Shown one piece after another: positions 18,573 to 27,800 of a DNA stretch of 54,975 nt (within the stretch, counting starts at the first letter, position 1; every line of letters starts with the position of its first letter). The stretch is from an uncultured Flavipsychrobacter sp. (GTDB lineage Bacteria; Bacteroidota; Bacteroidia; Chitinophagales; Chitinophagaceae): assembly GCA_964478855.1 (NCBI GenBank), contig CAYZKL010000003.1, positions 19,686 through 74,660 of the forward strand, given 5' to 3'. A program made the translations under genes and the position numbers. The notes below the pieces were generated by a model. That model had not been told where the DNA came from, searched no databases, and saw nothing but the letters and a program-made list of their open reading frames with translations.

Positions 18573-19331
18573 TTATTTAAACCAGGGTAAATGTTTATGC
18601 AGCACTTCTGCACCTGCCACAAATACTACTGCTGCTGTTATCCGTTTTACTGTAAGCTGATCGAATTTCATGTTGCTCATACGGGAGCCTACCTGACCAC
18701 CTATGAATACAGCAGCGCAAAGTAAGCCGATCCGGGTATAATTGACATCCGCAGGTATAACAGATAACTGGCCCGCAATGCCTGAGATTGAATTTACCAG
18801 TATGAACAAGCTGGCAATAGCAGCTATTTTTTTGGGGTTGTCCCACTTCATCAGGTTAAGGATGGGGGATAGAAAGATACCGCCACCAATACCTACCATA
18901 CCGGATAAAAAACCGATAGCACCACCAAGCAATACTTCTTTGAGATAATCGGGCCTGGACGATGCCACCTCCTCCTTTATTCTCTTTGTCTTTAACCACA
19001 GTAATACCGAGGCAACTATAAGTGAGCAGCCCAGTAGTATTAAGAAAGTATCCTGGCTCAACTTCATTTTTGCGCCTACGAATGCCATAGGCACACTTGC
19101 AAGCACCAGCGGGATGACTTTCCTAAAGTTTACCTGCCCGTTTCGGATAAAAATGATCGTCCCCCCTGTTACTACTATGATGTTGCATATCAGCGCAGTG
19201 AGCTTCATCTCCTGGAAAGGCAATGCATAAAATGCAAGAATGGCTAGATAGCTGGATCCTCCACCAAAACCGACAGAGGCATATACAAACGCTATGATCA
19301 GGAAAAATACCAGTAACTCCCAGTGCTGCAT
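18573..19331 (-). CDS. Sulfite exporter TauE/SafE family
   Basis: YASVGFGGGSSY, SGMVGIGGGIFLSP, FILVNS. Confidence 0.9.
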   Translation of the reverse strand: MQHWELLVFFLIIAFVYASVGFGGGSSYLAILAFYALPFQEMKLTALICNIIVVTGGTIIFIRNGQVNFRKVIPLVLASVPMAFVGAKMKLSQDTFLILLGCSLIVASVLLWLKTKRIKEEVASSRPDYLKEVLLGGAIGFLSGMVGIGGGIFLSPILNLMKWDNPKKIAAIASLFILVNSISGIAGQLSVIPADVNYTRIGLLCAAVFIGGQVGSRMSNMKFDQLTVKRITAAVVFVAGAEVLHKHLPWFK

Positions 19332-19373
19332 GGGTTCAAATTTATAGCATATTGCCGGTTATCAGGCAGCCAC

Positions 19374-19553
19374 TTATTCTATGAACGAATAAGTAATACA
19401 TACCGAATAAACGATACATTCCTTTTTTGGGTTCCATACTGATGAAAAAGACATGCCGGTGACCTGTACATCATTATCTATCAGGAAATCATTTACCTGC
19501 TTGTTGAGCCCTTCGTGGGTCTCGCTGTCCCATGATGATATTCTGTAGTTCAT
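19374..19553 (-). CDS. 59-aa hypothetical protein, Cse60/DUF2758-like pattern
   Basis: Hand translation MNYRISSWDSETHEGLNKQVNDFLIDNDVQVTGMSFSSVWNPKKECIVYSVCITYSFIE; below the ORF-track size cutoff. Confidence 0.55.
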   Translation of the reverse strand: MNYRISSWDSETHEGLNKQVNDFLIDNDVQVTGMSFSSVWNPKKECIVYSVCITYSFIE

Positions 19554-19637
19554 AGCACGTATTTTTTACAAAGTTAATTATCTGCACAGCAAAGAGAAAA
19601 AAGAAAAAATGTACTTTTAGCCATTATTGACAAAAAG

Positions 19638-20264
19638 ATGGGTAAGAACTTATTTATAGCACTGGAAGGTATAGATGGCAGTGGCAAAAGCAGCCAGGTG
19701 AAACTGCTGGCGGAAAGGCTTAAAGAAGCCGGGCATAAAGTACACGCCACATTTGAACCAACGGACAGGTTCATAGGTGTTATGGTGCGCAATATACTGA
19801 GAGGAAACATAAAGGCAGATCACAAAACCATTGCAGGGCTGTTCCTGTCGGACAGACTGGACCACCTGCTTAACGAGGAGAACGGACTGGTGCAGAAGAT
19901 GAAAGAAGGTTGTACAGTGATCACAGACAGGTACTATTTTTCGTCCTACGCCTACCACAGCACCCATGTAGATATGGACTGGGTCATATCATCCAACAGC
20001 ATCTGTGCGGATATACTGCGGCCCGACCTTAATATCTTCATTGATCTTCCTCCTGAGGAATCAATGAAGCGGATCAACGCCAACAGGGAATCAGCAGAAT
20101 TATTTGAAACCCTGGATACACTGAAGCTTGTTAGGGGTAATTACATGAAAGCCTTCGACAAGCTTAAAGACAAGGAACAAATTGAAATAATAGACGGTAA
20201 CAGATCCATTGAAGCAATTGCGGATAATATCTGGAATATCTGCTCCACAGCGTTGGCTATCTGA
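19638..20264 (+). CDS. tmk: Thymidylate kinase
   Basis: FIALEGIDGSGKSSQ P-loop, TFEP, VITDRY, PDL.IFIDL. Confidence 0.95.
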   Translation: MGKNLFIALEGIDGSGKSSQVKLLAERLKEAGHKVHATFEPTDRFIGVMVRNILRGNIKADHKTIAGLFLSDRLDHLLNEENGLVQKMKEGCTVITDRYYFSSYAYHSTHVDMDWVISSNSICADILRPDLNIFIDLPPEESMKRINANRESAELFETLDTLKLVRGNYMKAFDKLKDKEQIEIIDGNRSIEAIADNIWNICSTALAI

Positions 20265-20279
20265 TACTTTCAATTACCT

Positions 20280-20317
20280 AATAATAAAGGCGCCCGAATC
20301 GGGGCGCCTTTATTATT
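20280..20317. terminator. Bidirectional terminator, AAAGGCGC family copy 1
   Basis: AATAATAAAGGCGCCC-gaatcg-GGGCGCCTTTATTATT. Confidence 0.85.
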
Positions 20318-20333
20318 TCAATCATGTATGGTA

Positions 20334-23300
20334 TTACCTGTTTACAACGATATGGAAGACAACGTGATCCTCTCCTGATGTAACGGTAACAAGGTATGTG
20401 CCTGAAGCAAGGTTATTACCTAGCTTTACCTGCTCATCTATACGGCCATTAGCGGCAGTTACACTCTTAGTAAACACAGTTTGTCCTATCACATTTGTCA
20501 CACGTATATTTACCTTATTTTCTATCGTATTGGTCAATGTGCCTGAGATCGTAAACTCGCCCTTGTTAGGGTTAGGCAACAATGTGAAATTATTAGCATT
20601 GCCGATTGCTTTCACACCGGTAGGCGCTACAGTCATTTTTAAACCACTGCTTATCGCTGTCTTTGGTGCAACGCAATCTCCGCTGCTGGTAACGGCACAT
20701 TTTACAACCTGTCCGTCATGCAATGAATCTGTTACATAAACAGTACTGTTTGCACCCGGAACCGGAGTACTGTTGAGGTACCATTGATATACAGGTGAAG
20801 TACCCGCAAAAGGCGCAACGGCAGTAAATGTAACAACGCTGCCACTTGTGACAAGCGATTCTGAAACTGTAACACTGATTGTATTAACTGAAGGATTTTT
20901 CACATGTTCGATCAGCGGTGTACTTCCGGCTAATGAAGATGTGATACAAGGGTAATTGCTGGTCATGGTACAAATGATCATATCTCCGTTATTAGGAGAA
21001 TACATAAACGATGCGCCTGATGCTATAGTAGTACCATTCTTTGTCCAGGTATAAGAAGGAAGTGTACCACCGTAAACCGGTACTGCCATAAAGGTAGCCG
21101 GTGTGCCCCTGCATATGGTATCGGCAGGTACTACTGATATACTTACCGCAGGTGTCTGCAGCGGGCTGATGGTCATGGTTGTAGCTGCTGATGCAGAAAG
21201 CGGGAATGCACATGCGTGACTGCTTGTAAGCTGACAAGAAACTACATCTCCAGTTGCCGGACTATAAGTATAAGATGAACCCACACCTGCAGGTACGCCA
21301 TTCACACTCCATTGATATACAGGCAGCGAGCCTCCGTTTACTGCTGTTGCGGTAAGTGTAACCGGAGCAGAAACCAGGCAAAGTACTGTACCCGGAGTAG
21401 CAGAGATAGATACCGATGGTACAACAATTGGCGACGGATTAACGGTAACAGCAACCGGGGTAGAAATGCCGGGGCAGCCGCCGGATGAAGCAAGAACGGT
21501 ATAACTACCCGTAGTCGTGGTAGTGAAAGTGGTATTTGTAGCTCCGGATATATTCACTCCACCCAACTGCCATTGGTATGTCAAGCCGGTGCCTGAAACT
21601 GCACTAAGTGTAACGGAACCACCTGTACAGAAAGATGTGGGGCCGGAAGGTGTAACAGATACTGCAGGTCCGGCTATCGTAGTGATCGTTTCAGATGAGG
21701 AAGTAGCACCGCAACCACCTATTGAGGTTATTACCGTATAACTACCTGCAAGAGTAGCCGTATAGGACGCATTTGTAGCACCGCTGATCGGTGTGCCTCC
21801 TGATTGCCATTGGTAGGTATAGCCTGTACCTGTAGTTGCATTAAGCATTACACTGCTGCCGGTGCAGAATGTAGTTGGTCCACCGGCAGTTATTGCGGCG
21901 ACAGGAGGTGCAGTAACCCCTACCGTAGTGATAGCAGATGAACCGACGCAAGCGCCGTCTGTTACGCGTATTGTATAAGTGCCTGCAGATGTTGCAGTAA
22001 AAGTTGAATTGGTCTCACCAACAATATCAATACCACCGGACGCCCACTGGTAAGTAAAGCCACCACCTGTAGCAGTACTCAGCGCCACACTGCCGCCAGT
22101 ACAAAAAGTTGTAGGGCCGGCCGCGGTTACTGAAGGCGTTGGGGAACTAAGAACAGTAATAATTTCTGCAGTTGATATTGCCGAACAACCTGCGAGAGAA
22201 GTAACTACAGTATAACTTCCTCCCAACGTTGCAGTATATGTTGCTGCGGTCGCACCCGGGATATTGGTACCACCAAGCTGCCATTGATAACTGTAGCCAC
22301 CGCCTGTTGTTGCGTTAAGCGTCACATTGCTGCCACTACAGAATGTAGTTGGCCCGGCAGGTGTTATGGCTGCAATAGGCAATGGATTAACGCCTACAGA
22401 TACCGGTACAGATGCACAGGTACCTAAAGAATAATCAATCGTTGTGGTACCAGGGATATTTGCAGTCACTAAACCTGATACAGAACCGACAGATGCCACT
22501 CCGGGAGTGCTACTGGTCCAGATACCACCGGGTATAGACGCTATTAATGTAGTTGTTCCACCCTCACATATTGTAGAAGACAATGGAGATAAGTTAGCCG
22601 GGCCGGTAGTCAATAATACAGGTGCGGAGGGATTACCATTCGCTACCACTTCTACCGCATAGGTACCGTTTGGCAAACCCAACGGAAGTGTAAAGTATGT
22701 AGTGTCAGGAGCAGAGCCTCTCATTAAGCCAGTGCTGTTCCAGATGTAAGAGCGGGCATAATATACATTTGGGCCTGAAGAAAGACGAATGATCGGATAG
22801 TTAGTGTTCATCTGCCAGTCATCGCCGTAATTAGCCCCTTCAGTTATACCATTGAACAGAGTACCTGTGATACGGAACGTAGTACAGGTAAGTTCTGTGA
22901 TGTTGCTGATAGTTGGTTGGCCTGAAAGCAGAGGAGTGCCGTCCGGTACATATTCGTAATACTGATCATCACCCATACTTACATACATGATATGACCATT
23001 GGGGAGGCACAGCATATTAGAGTAATAGCATGGAGAAGGTAAAGAGGTGCCACCTGTAGGAGTAGTAATCGGCGTGATCGTATTTGCAACATAGTCGTAC
23101 TCATAAAAAGACATTGGTGTAGGAAAGTGATCTGCGGGTATAGGCGGTGGCGATACCGTAAAAATAATCTTACCATTCACCATCATTGCAGCCGCGGCAT
23201 CAGGAGCTCCCTGTCCGCCGGGAATTGCCGGACCTGCAACCCAACTGCCAGGAGCGGTACTGCCCGAAGGCGTATATAGGGCAGTGGTACCGGCAGCACC

Positions 23301-24092
23301 AATAAAGAATGCGCGGCCATCAGGCAGGAGGAATGCACCACCTGTTTCATAACCGTAAGCATCATAAAGCAATACCGGCACGTTGGCATCATGTACCCAA
23401 GTGTTTGTTGCCGGTATGTAGCGCTCAGAGTTGGTAGAGTATATATCAACAAACAGGATACTGTTATCAGGCAGCTTCACCCATGCAGATTCATTATGAC
23501 TGCCAAAGCTAGGAGTACCTGTAGTATATGTATTGGCGACAGGGTTGTATATGTACATCCGACGAGAGCCACTGCCTACTATTGCCTGAAGTATCTTCCC
23601 ATCGGGTAGTATTTCCGAGTTCGCATCTGAGATAAATTCGCCACCAGATAGCGCGGGACACATGGTCCATGTATTGGCAATAGGGTCATATACTTCACCG
23701 GCATAACCCCCTGTACCATACTCGCCACCTGCTACATAAACCCTGCCATCCATCAATACCTGGGATGAAAAATACAGCCTTGTATTGAACATAGGCGGCA
23801 GACTGCTCCATGTGCCATTGATGTAACTACCGTTGGCATCAGGCGTCAGTTTATCCCATACATTGCCCAACGCATCAGGCCCGGATGATGTTTTGGCTAT
23901 CACAGTGCCGTCACTGAGCAGCATCATTTCACCTTCGTTATAATGGGGAGCCGCATTTGCAACCGGAACCCAAGTGCCCTGTGCATAGGTTGTTGCTGAA
24001 CTTACCAACAAACCCATAACAAGTGCGGTGAGCACACTACCGTTCTTTACCATATGCCTGGCCTTACAAAACAAACCGAACGTACTGATCAT
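20334..24092 (-). CDS. T9SS-secreted protein: kelch/galactose-oxidase-like beta-propeller, Ig-like repeats, type A CTD
   Basis: LMDGRVYVAGGE and LPDG/LPNG kelch motifs; four PxGPTTFC..YQWQ repeats; C-terminal LLPNPNKGEF..NVIGQ..GTYLV. Confidence 0.85.
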   Translation of the reverse strand: MISTFGLFCKARHMVKNGSVLTALVMGLLVSSATTYAQGTWVPVANAAPHYNEGEMMLLSDGTVIAKTSSGPDALGNVWDKLTPDANGSYINGTWSSLPPMFNTRLYFSSQVLMDGRVYVAGGEYGTGGYAGEVYDPIANTWTMCPALSGGEFISDANSEILPDGKILQAIVGSGSRRMYIYNPVANTYTTGTPSFGSHNESAWVKLPDNSILFVDIYSTNSERYIPATNTWVHDANVPVLLYDAYGYETGGAFLLPDGRAFFIGAAGTTALYTPSGSTAPGSWVAGPAIPGGQGAPDAAAAMMVNGKIIFTVSPPPIPADHFPTPMSFYEYDYVANTITPITTPTGGTSLPSPCYYSNMLCLPNGHIMYVSMGDDQYYEYVPDGTPLLSGQPTISNITELTCTTFRITGTLFNGITEGANYGDDWQMNTNYPIIRLSSGPNVYYARSYIWNSTGLMRGSAPDTTYFTLPLGLPNGTYAVEVVANGNPSAPVLLTTGPANLSPLSSTICEGGTTTLIASIPGGIWTSSTPGVASVGSVSGLVTANIPGTTTIDYSLGTCASVPVSVGVNPLPIAAITPAGPTTFCSGSNVTLNATTGGGYSYQWQLGGTNIPGATAATYTATLGGSYTVVTSLAGCSAISTAEIITVLSSPTPSVTAAGPTTFCTGGSVALSTATGGGFTYQWASGGIDIVGETNSTFTATSAGTYTIRVTDGACVGSSAITTVGVTAPPVAAITAGGPTTFCTGSSVMLNATTGTGYTYQWQSGGTPISGATNASYTATLAGSYTVITSIGGCGATSSSETITTIAGPAVSVTPSGPTSFCTGGSVTLSAVSGTGLTYQWQLGGVNISGATNTTFTTTTTGSYTVLASSGGCPGISTPVAVTVNPSPIVVPSVSISATPGTVLCLVSAPVTLTATAVNGGSLPVYQWSVNGVPAGVGSSYTYSPATGDVVSCQLTSSHACAFPLSASAATTMTISPLQTPAVSISVVPADTICRGTPATFMAVPVYGGTLPSYTWTKNGTTIASGASFMYSPNNGDMIICTMTSNYPCITSSLAGSTPLIEHVKNPSVNTISVTVSESLVTSGSVVTFTAVAPFAGTSPVYQWYLNSTPVPGANSTVYVTDSLHDGQVVKCAVTSSGDCVAPKTAISSGLKMTVAPTGVKAIGNANNFTLLPNPNKGEFTISGTLTNTIENKVNIRVTNVIGQTVFTKSVTAANGRIDEQVKLGNNLASGTYLVTVTSGEDHVVFHIVVNR

Positions 24093-24281
24093 ATTATGTA
24101 GCAGATTTACTTTTTATACTCAACCGCATAGCCAGTGTAACGTGCTATGCCCTAATAAAAATAATCAAATACTTTAAATTAAAGGCATGTATTTTATCAA
24201 AACTCACTGAAAATGAACAAATCACACTTTACACTTCTTCATTATTGAAATAATCAATACCTTTAAAAAAATCACTTTGCT

Positions 24282-24821
24282 ATGACGTCGAGTTTTCTCT
24301 TCCTCTTTAATTTCCTGTTCCTGTTTTCACCACAGCAACAGGCTATCCCTGCAAGTATCTATGATTTTAAGGTAGATGCGCTGGATGGCAGCACGATAGA
24401 TATGGGGACATACAAAGGCAAGAAGATACTCATCGTTAATACGACTGCAGCTAATGGATATACCTACCGCTATGCAGAGCTGGAGGAACTTTCTAAGAAA
24501 TACAAAGACAAGCTTGTTATCATCGGCTTCCCCGTTGATGATTTCGGGCAGGAACCGGGCTCTAACAGGCAACTGGAATACTTCCGTGAAAAACATTATG
24601 ATGTAACTTTTCCGCTGGCCGCTAAAACTTCTGTGAGAGGTCAGACGATGGCACCGGTTTATCAATGGCTCACCCAGAAGAAATACAACAGGCTTAAAGA
24701 CTCCGAAGTAAAGTGGGATTTTCAGCGATACCTTATCAATGAAAAAGGGGAACTGGTTGCGATATTCGATCCTAAAGTAAAAACAAATGATCCGGCAATT
24801 ATTGCAGCAATAGAACAATAG
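24282..24821 (+). CDS. Glutathione peroxidase (Gpx/BtuE)-fold protein lacking all cysteines
   Basis: SIYDF, YKGKKILIVN, IIGFP..FGQEPG, VTFPL, VKWDFQRYLI; signal-peptide-like N-terminus; no Cys. Confidence 0.85.
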   Translation: MTSSFLFLFNFLFLFSPQQQAIPASIYDFKVDALDGSTIDMGTYKGKKILIVNTTAANGYTYRYAELEELSKKYKDKLVIIGFPVDDFGQEPGSNRQLEYFREKHYDVTFPLAAKTSVRGQTMAPVYQWLTQKKYNRLKDSEVKWDFQRYLINEKGELVAIFDPKVKTNDPAIIAAIEQ

Positions 24822-24833
24822 ATAACTACAATA

Positions 24834-24879
24834 TCATAAATAATAAAGGCGCCCGAAAGAGCGCCTTTATTATTTATGA
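24834..24879. terminator. Bidirectional terminator, AAAGGCGC family copy 2
   Basis: TCATAAATAATAAAGGCGC-ccgaaaga-GCGCCTTTATTATTTATGA. Confidence 0.85.
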
Positions 24880-24889
24880 AAAGTCTCTA

Positions 24890-27800
24890 CTACCTGTTTA
24901 CTACCACGTGGAATACCACATGATCTTCACCGGCTGTAACCGTTACTATGTAAGTTCCGTTTGCAACAGAGCTGGCCAGTTTTATCGGCTCAGCTATCTT
25001 TCCGTTACTTGCGGTGATCTTTTTGCTATAGACAGTCTGGCCAACTACATTGGTAACTATTATGTCTACCAATTCATTAGACCTGTTGGTAAGTATGCCA
25101 TTGACCGTAAACTCACCCTTGTTAGGGTTGGGTAATAATGTAAAGTTATTTTCGTTGTGTACCGCAGTAATACCAGTAGGAGCCACAGACATTTTAATGC
25201 CGCTACTCATCACGCTTTTCGGGCTTACACAATCTTCATTGCTGGTGACAGCACAGGTGACAGTCTGACCATCGAGTAAAGCATCGGTTACGAAGGTTGC
25301 ACTATTAGCACCGGGCACCGCAATACCATTGATATACCACTGGTACAACGGAGACGGACCCGCATTAGGTGCCACTGCTGTAAAAGTAACGAAGCTGCCA
25401 CTGCTCACTAATGTCTGCGAAACTGAGATAGAAATTGTATTCACTACCGGATTTTTCACATATTCCATGAATGGAGCGCTAACTGCTGTGATTGTTGCAA
25501 GACAAGGATAGTTACTGGTCAAAGTACACATCACCATATCTCCTGAGTTAGGCACATAAGTATATGTAGGACCGGTAGCAATACTTGTTCCGTTCAATGT
25601 CCATAAATATGCAGGCGCTGAACCACCGAATACCGGTACTGCAGAATAAGTAACCGCTGTACCCTTACAAACCGAATCATTTGGTGAAACCGAAATGCTT
25701 ACAGCCGGTGTTTCCAATGCGCTTATGGTCATGGTAAGGCTTGAAGCAACCGATACAGGGAATGCGCAAACATCGCTGCTGGTAAGCTGGCAGGCCACTA
25801 TATCACCTGATGCAGGAGTATAAGAATAAGAAGGGCCTGAAGCTACCGGAACACCATTAACACTCCACTGGAAGAATGGGAAAGAGCCACCGTTCACGGG
25901 AGTTGCAGCATATGACACAGGAGATGACACCAGGCAAAGCGTGGTACCCGGAGTTGCAGCAATGCTTACAGAAGGCACAACAATAGGCGATGGATTTACC
26001 GTAACCACCACAGCCGGCGAAGTTGCATTACAACCACCACCTGCAGTGATGATGACCGTATAGCTACCCGATGTGATGGTAGTTAGCGATGGAGATACCG
26101 CACCAGCAATATTGACGCCACCTAACTGCCATTGATAACTAAGGCCTGTTCCTGTAGGAGCACTCAGCGTTACAGATGCACCGGTACAGAATGTTGTAGG
26201 GCCTGAAGGAGTAATCACCGCAACAACAGGAGATGTAACGCTGAATGTAACTACTGCATGAGCAGTACATCCGGCAACATTGGTAACCGAGTAGCTGACA
26301 GCTGAAGTACCCGCCGTCAAACCATTTACGATACCAGTAGTAGCACCTATAGACGCTACTGAAGGACTACCGCTGCTCCAAACACCTGATGGAGTAGCAT
26401 TGGCCAGTGTAGTAGTTCCACCGGTACATACACTTGTGGAGCCAGTAATAGCTGCAACAGATGGCAGCGCATCAACCGTGATCGTAGTAGTAGTGGATGC
26501 CGGCCCGCAAGCGGTAACAGCAGCATATGTAATGGTAACAGTACCTGCGGCAACACCCGAAACCACACCACCTGTACTTACAGTAGCGATAAGCGGAGCA
26601 CTGCTGGTCCAGGTACCACCCGGATCAGTATCTGAAAGTGTTATGTTCTGGCCAACGCACACATTAGACAACCCTGTTATAGGCGCAACTGTAGCGGGCA
26701 AAATAGTAATAGTAGTTACGGGAGATGTAACAACGCAAGTACCGAATGTAGTGATAAGCGTATAGTTACCTCCTGCCGTAGCTGTAAGGCTGCTGTTTGT
26801 AGCACCTGATATTGGTGTTCCACCAAGCTGCCACTGGTAGCTAAGGCCACCACCGGGAGTGCCATTAAGTACTACACTGCCACCTGAGCAGAAACTGGTA
26901 GGGCCGGCCGGCGTGATAGAAGAACCGGGACCCGGAGTAATAACTACCGTTGTGATACCCGATGTATTGCTACAGCCTGAATTATTAACTACAACTGTGT
27001 AGTTGCCTGCCAGTGTAGCTGTGTGCGATGAATTGGTCTCACCTGTAATGTCAGTACCGCCAAGTTTCCATTGGTAAGTATAGCCTATGCCGGTAGATGC
27101 ATTAAGTACCACATTACCACCTGTGCAGAAGGTTGTTGGTCCGGCCGGAGTGATGACTGCAGATGGCACAGCGCTTACGGTAACTACTATAGGAGTAGAT
27201 GTAGCACTGCAACCCATATCTGTAACTACTACCCTATAACTACCGCTTGCATTAGCTGTATATGAAAAGTTAGTAGCACCGGAGATCGGTGTACCGCCAT
27301 TTTCCCACTGGAAAGTATAACCAACGCCGGTTACTGCATTCAGCACCACACTCCCACCGGTACAAAAACCAGTAGGGCCTGCAGCACCGATAGCGGCAGT
27401 AGGAGCCGAAGCTGTTGTTACTGTAGCACTTCCGCTCATATTACTGGTGCATGCAGTTGTTGTATTGGTTGCGACTACTGTATATGTACCCGCACCGGTT
27501 ATAAAACCAAAGTCGATAGAAGAACCGGTACCTGCCAATGGTGAGCCAACCGGCGTACCACCTAAATAAAGCTGGTAACTGATACCGACATTGGAATTGG
27601 CAACACCGATATGCACGCCCGGTCCGCCGGAGCAATATGCACCACCACCGGTAACAGCATATACTAACGGAGCAGAATTGACAGTAACCACTGCGCTACC
27701 AGACATGTTGCGACTACAACCCGCAGTAGCATTAGTAGCTACCACAGTATAAGTACCTGCGGCAGTCATAAGGCCAAAGTTGAGTGCAAGCGTAGTACCA

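Noticed and set aside
20334-24092. Copper radical (galactose/glyoxal) oxidase
   Set aside because: Kelch motifs are present, but the Tyr-His (YHS) copper-ligand motif is not evident.
24430-24470. Selenocysteine (TGA) at the Gpx active site
   Set aside because: The codon at that position is AAT (Asn); there is no in-frame TGA.
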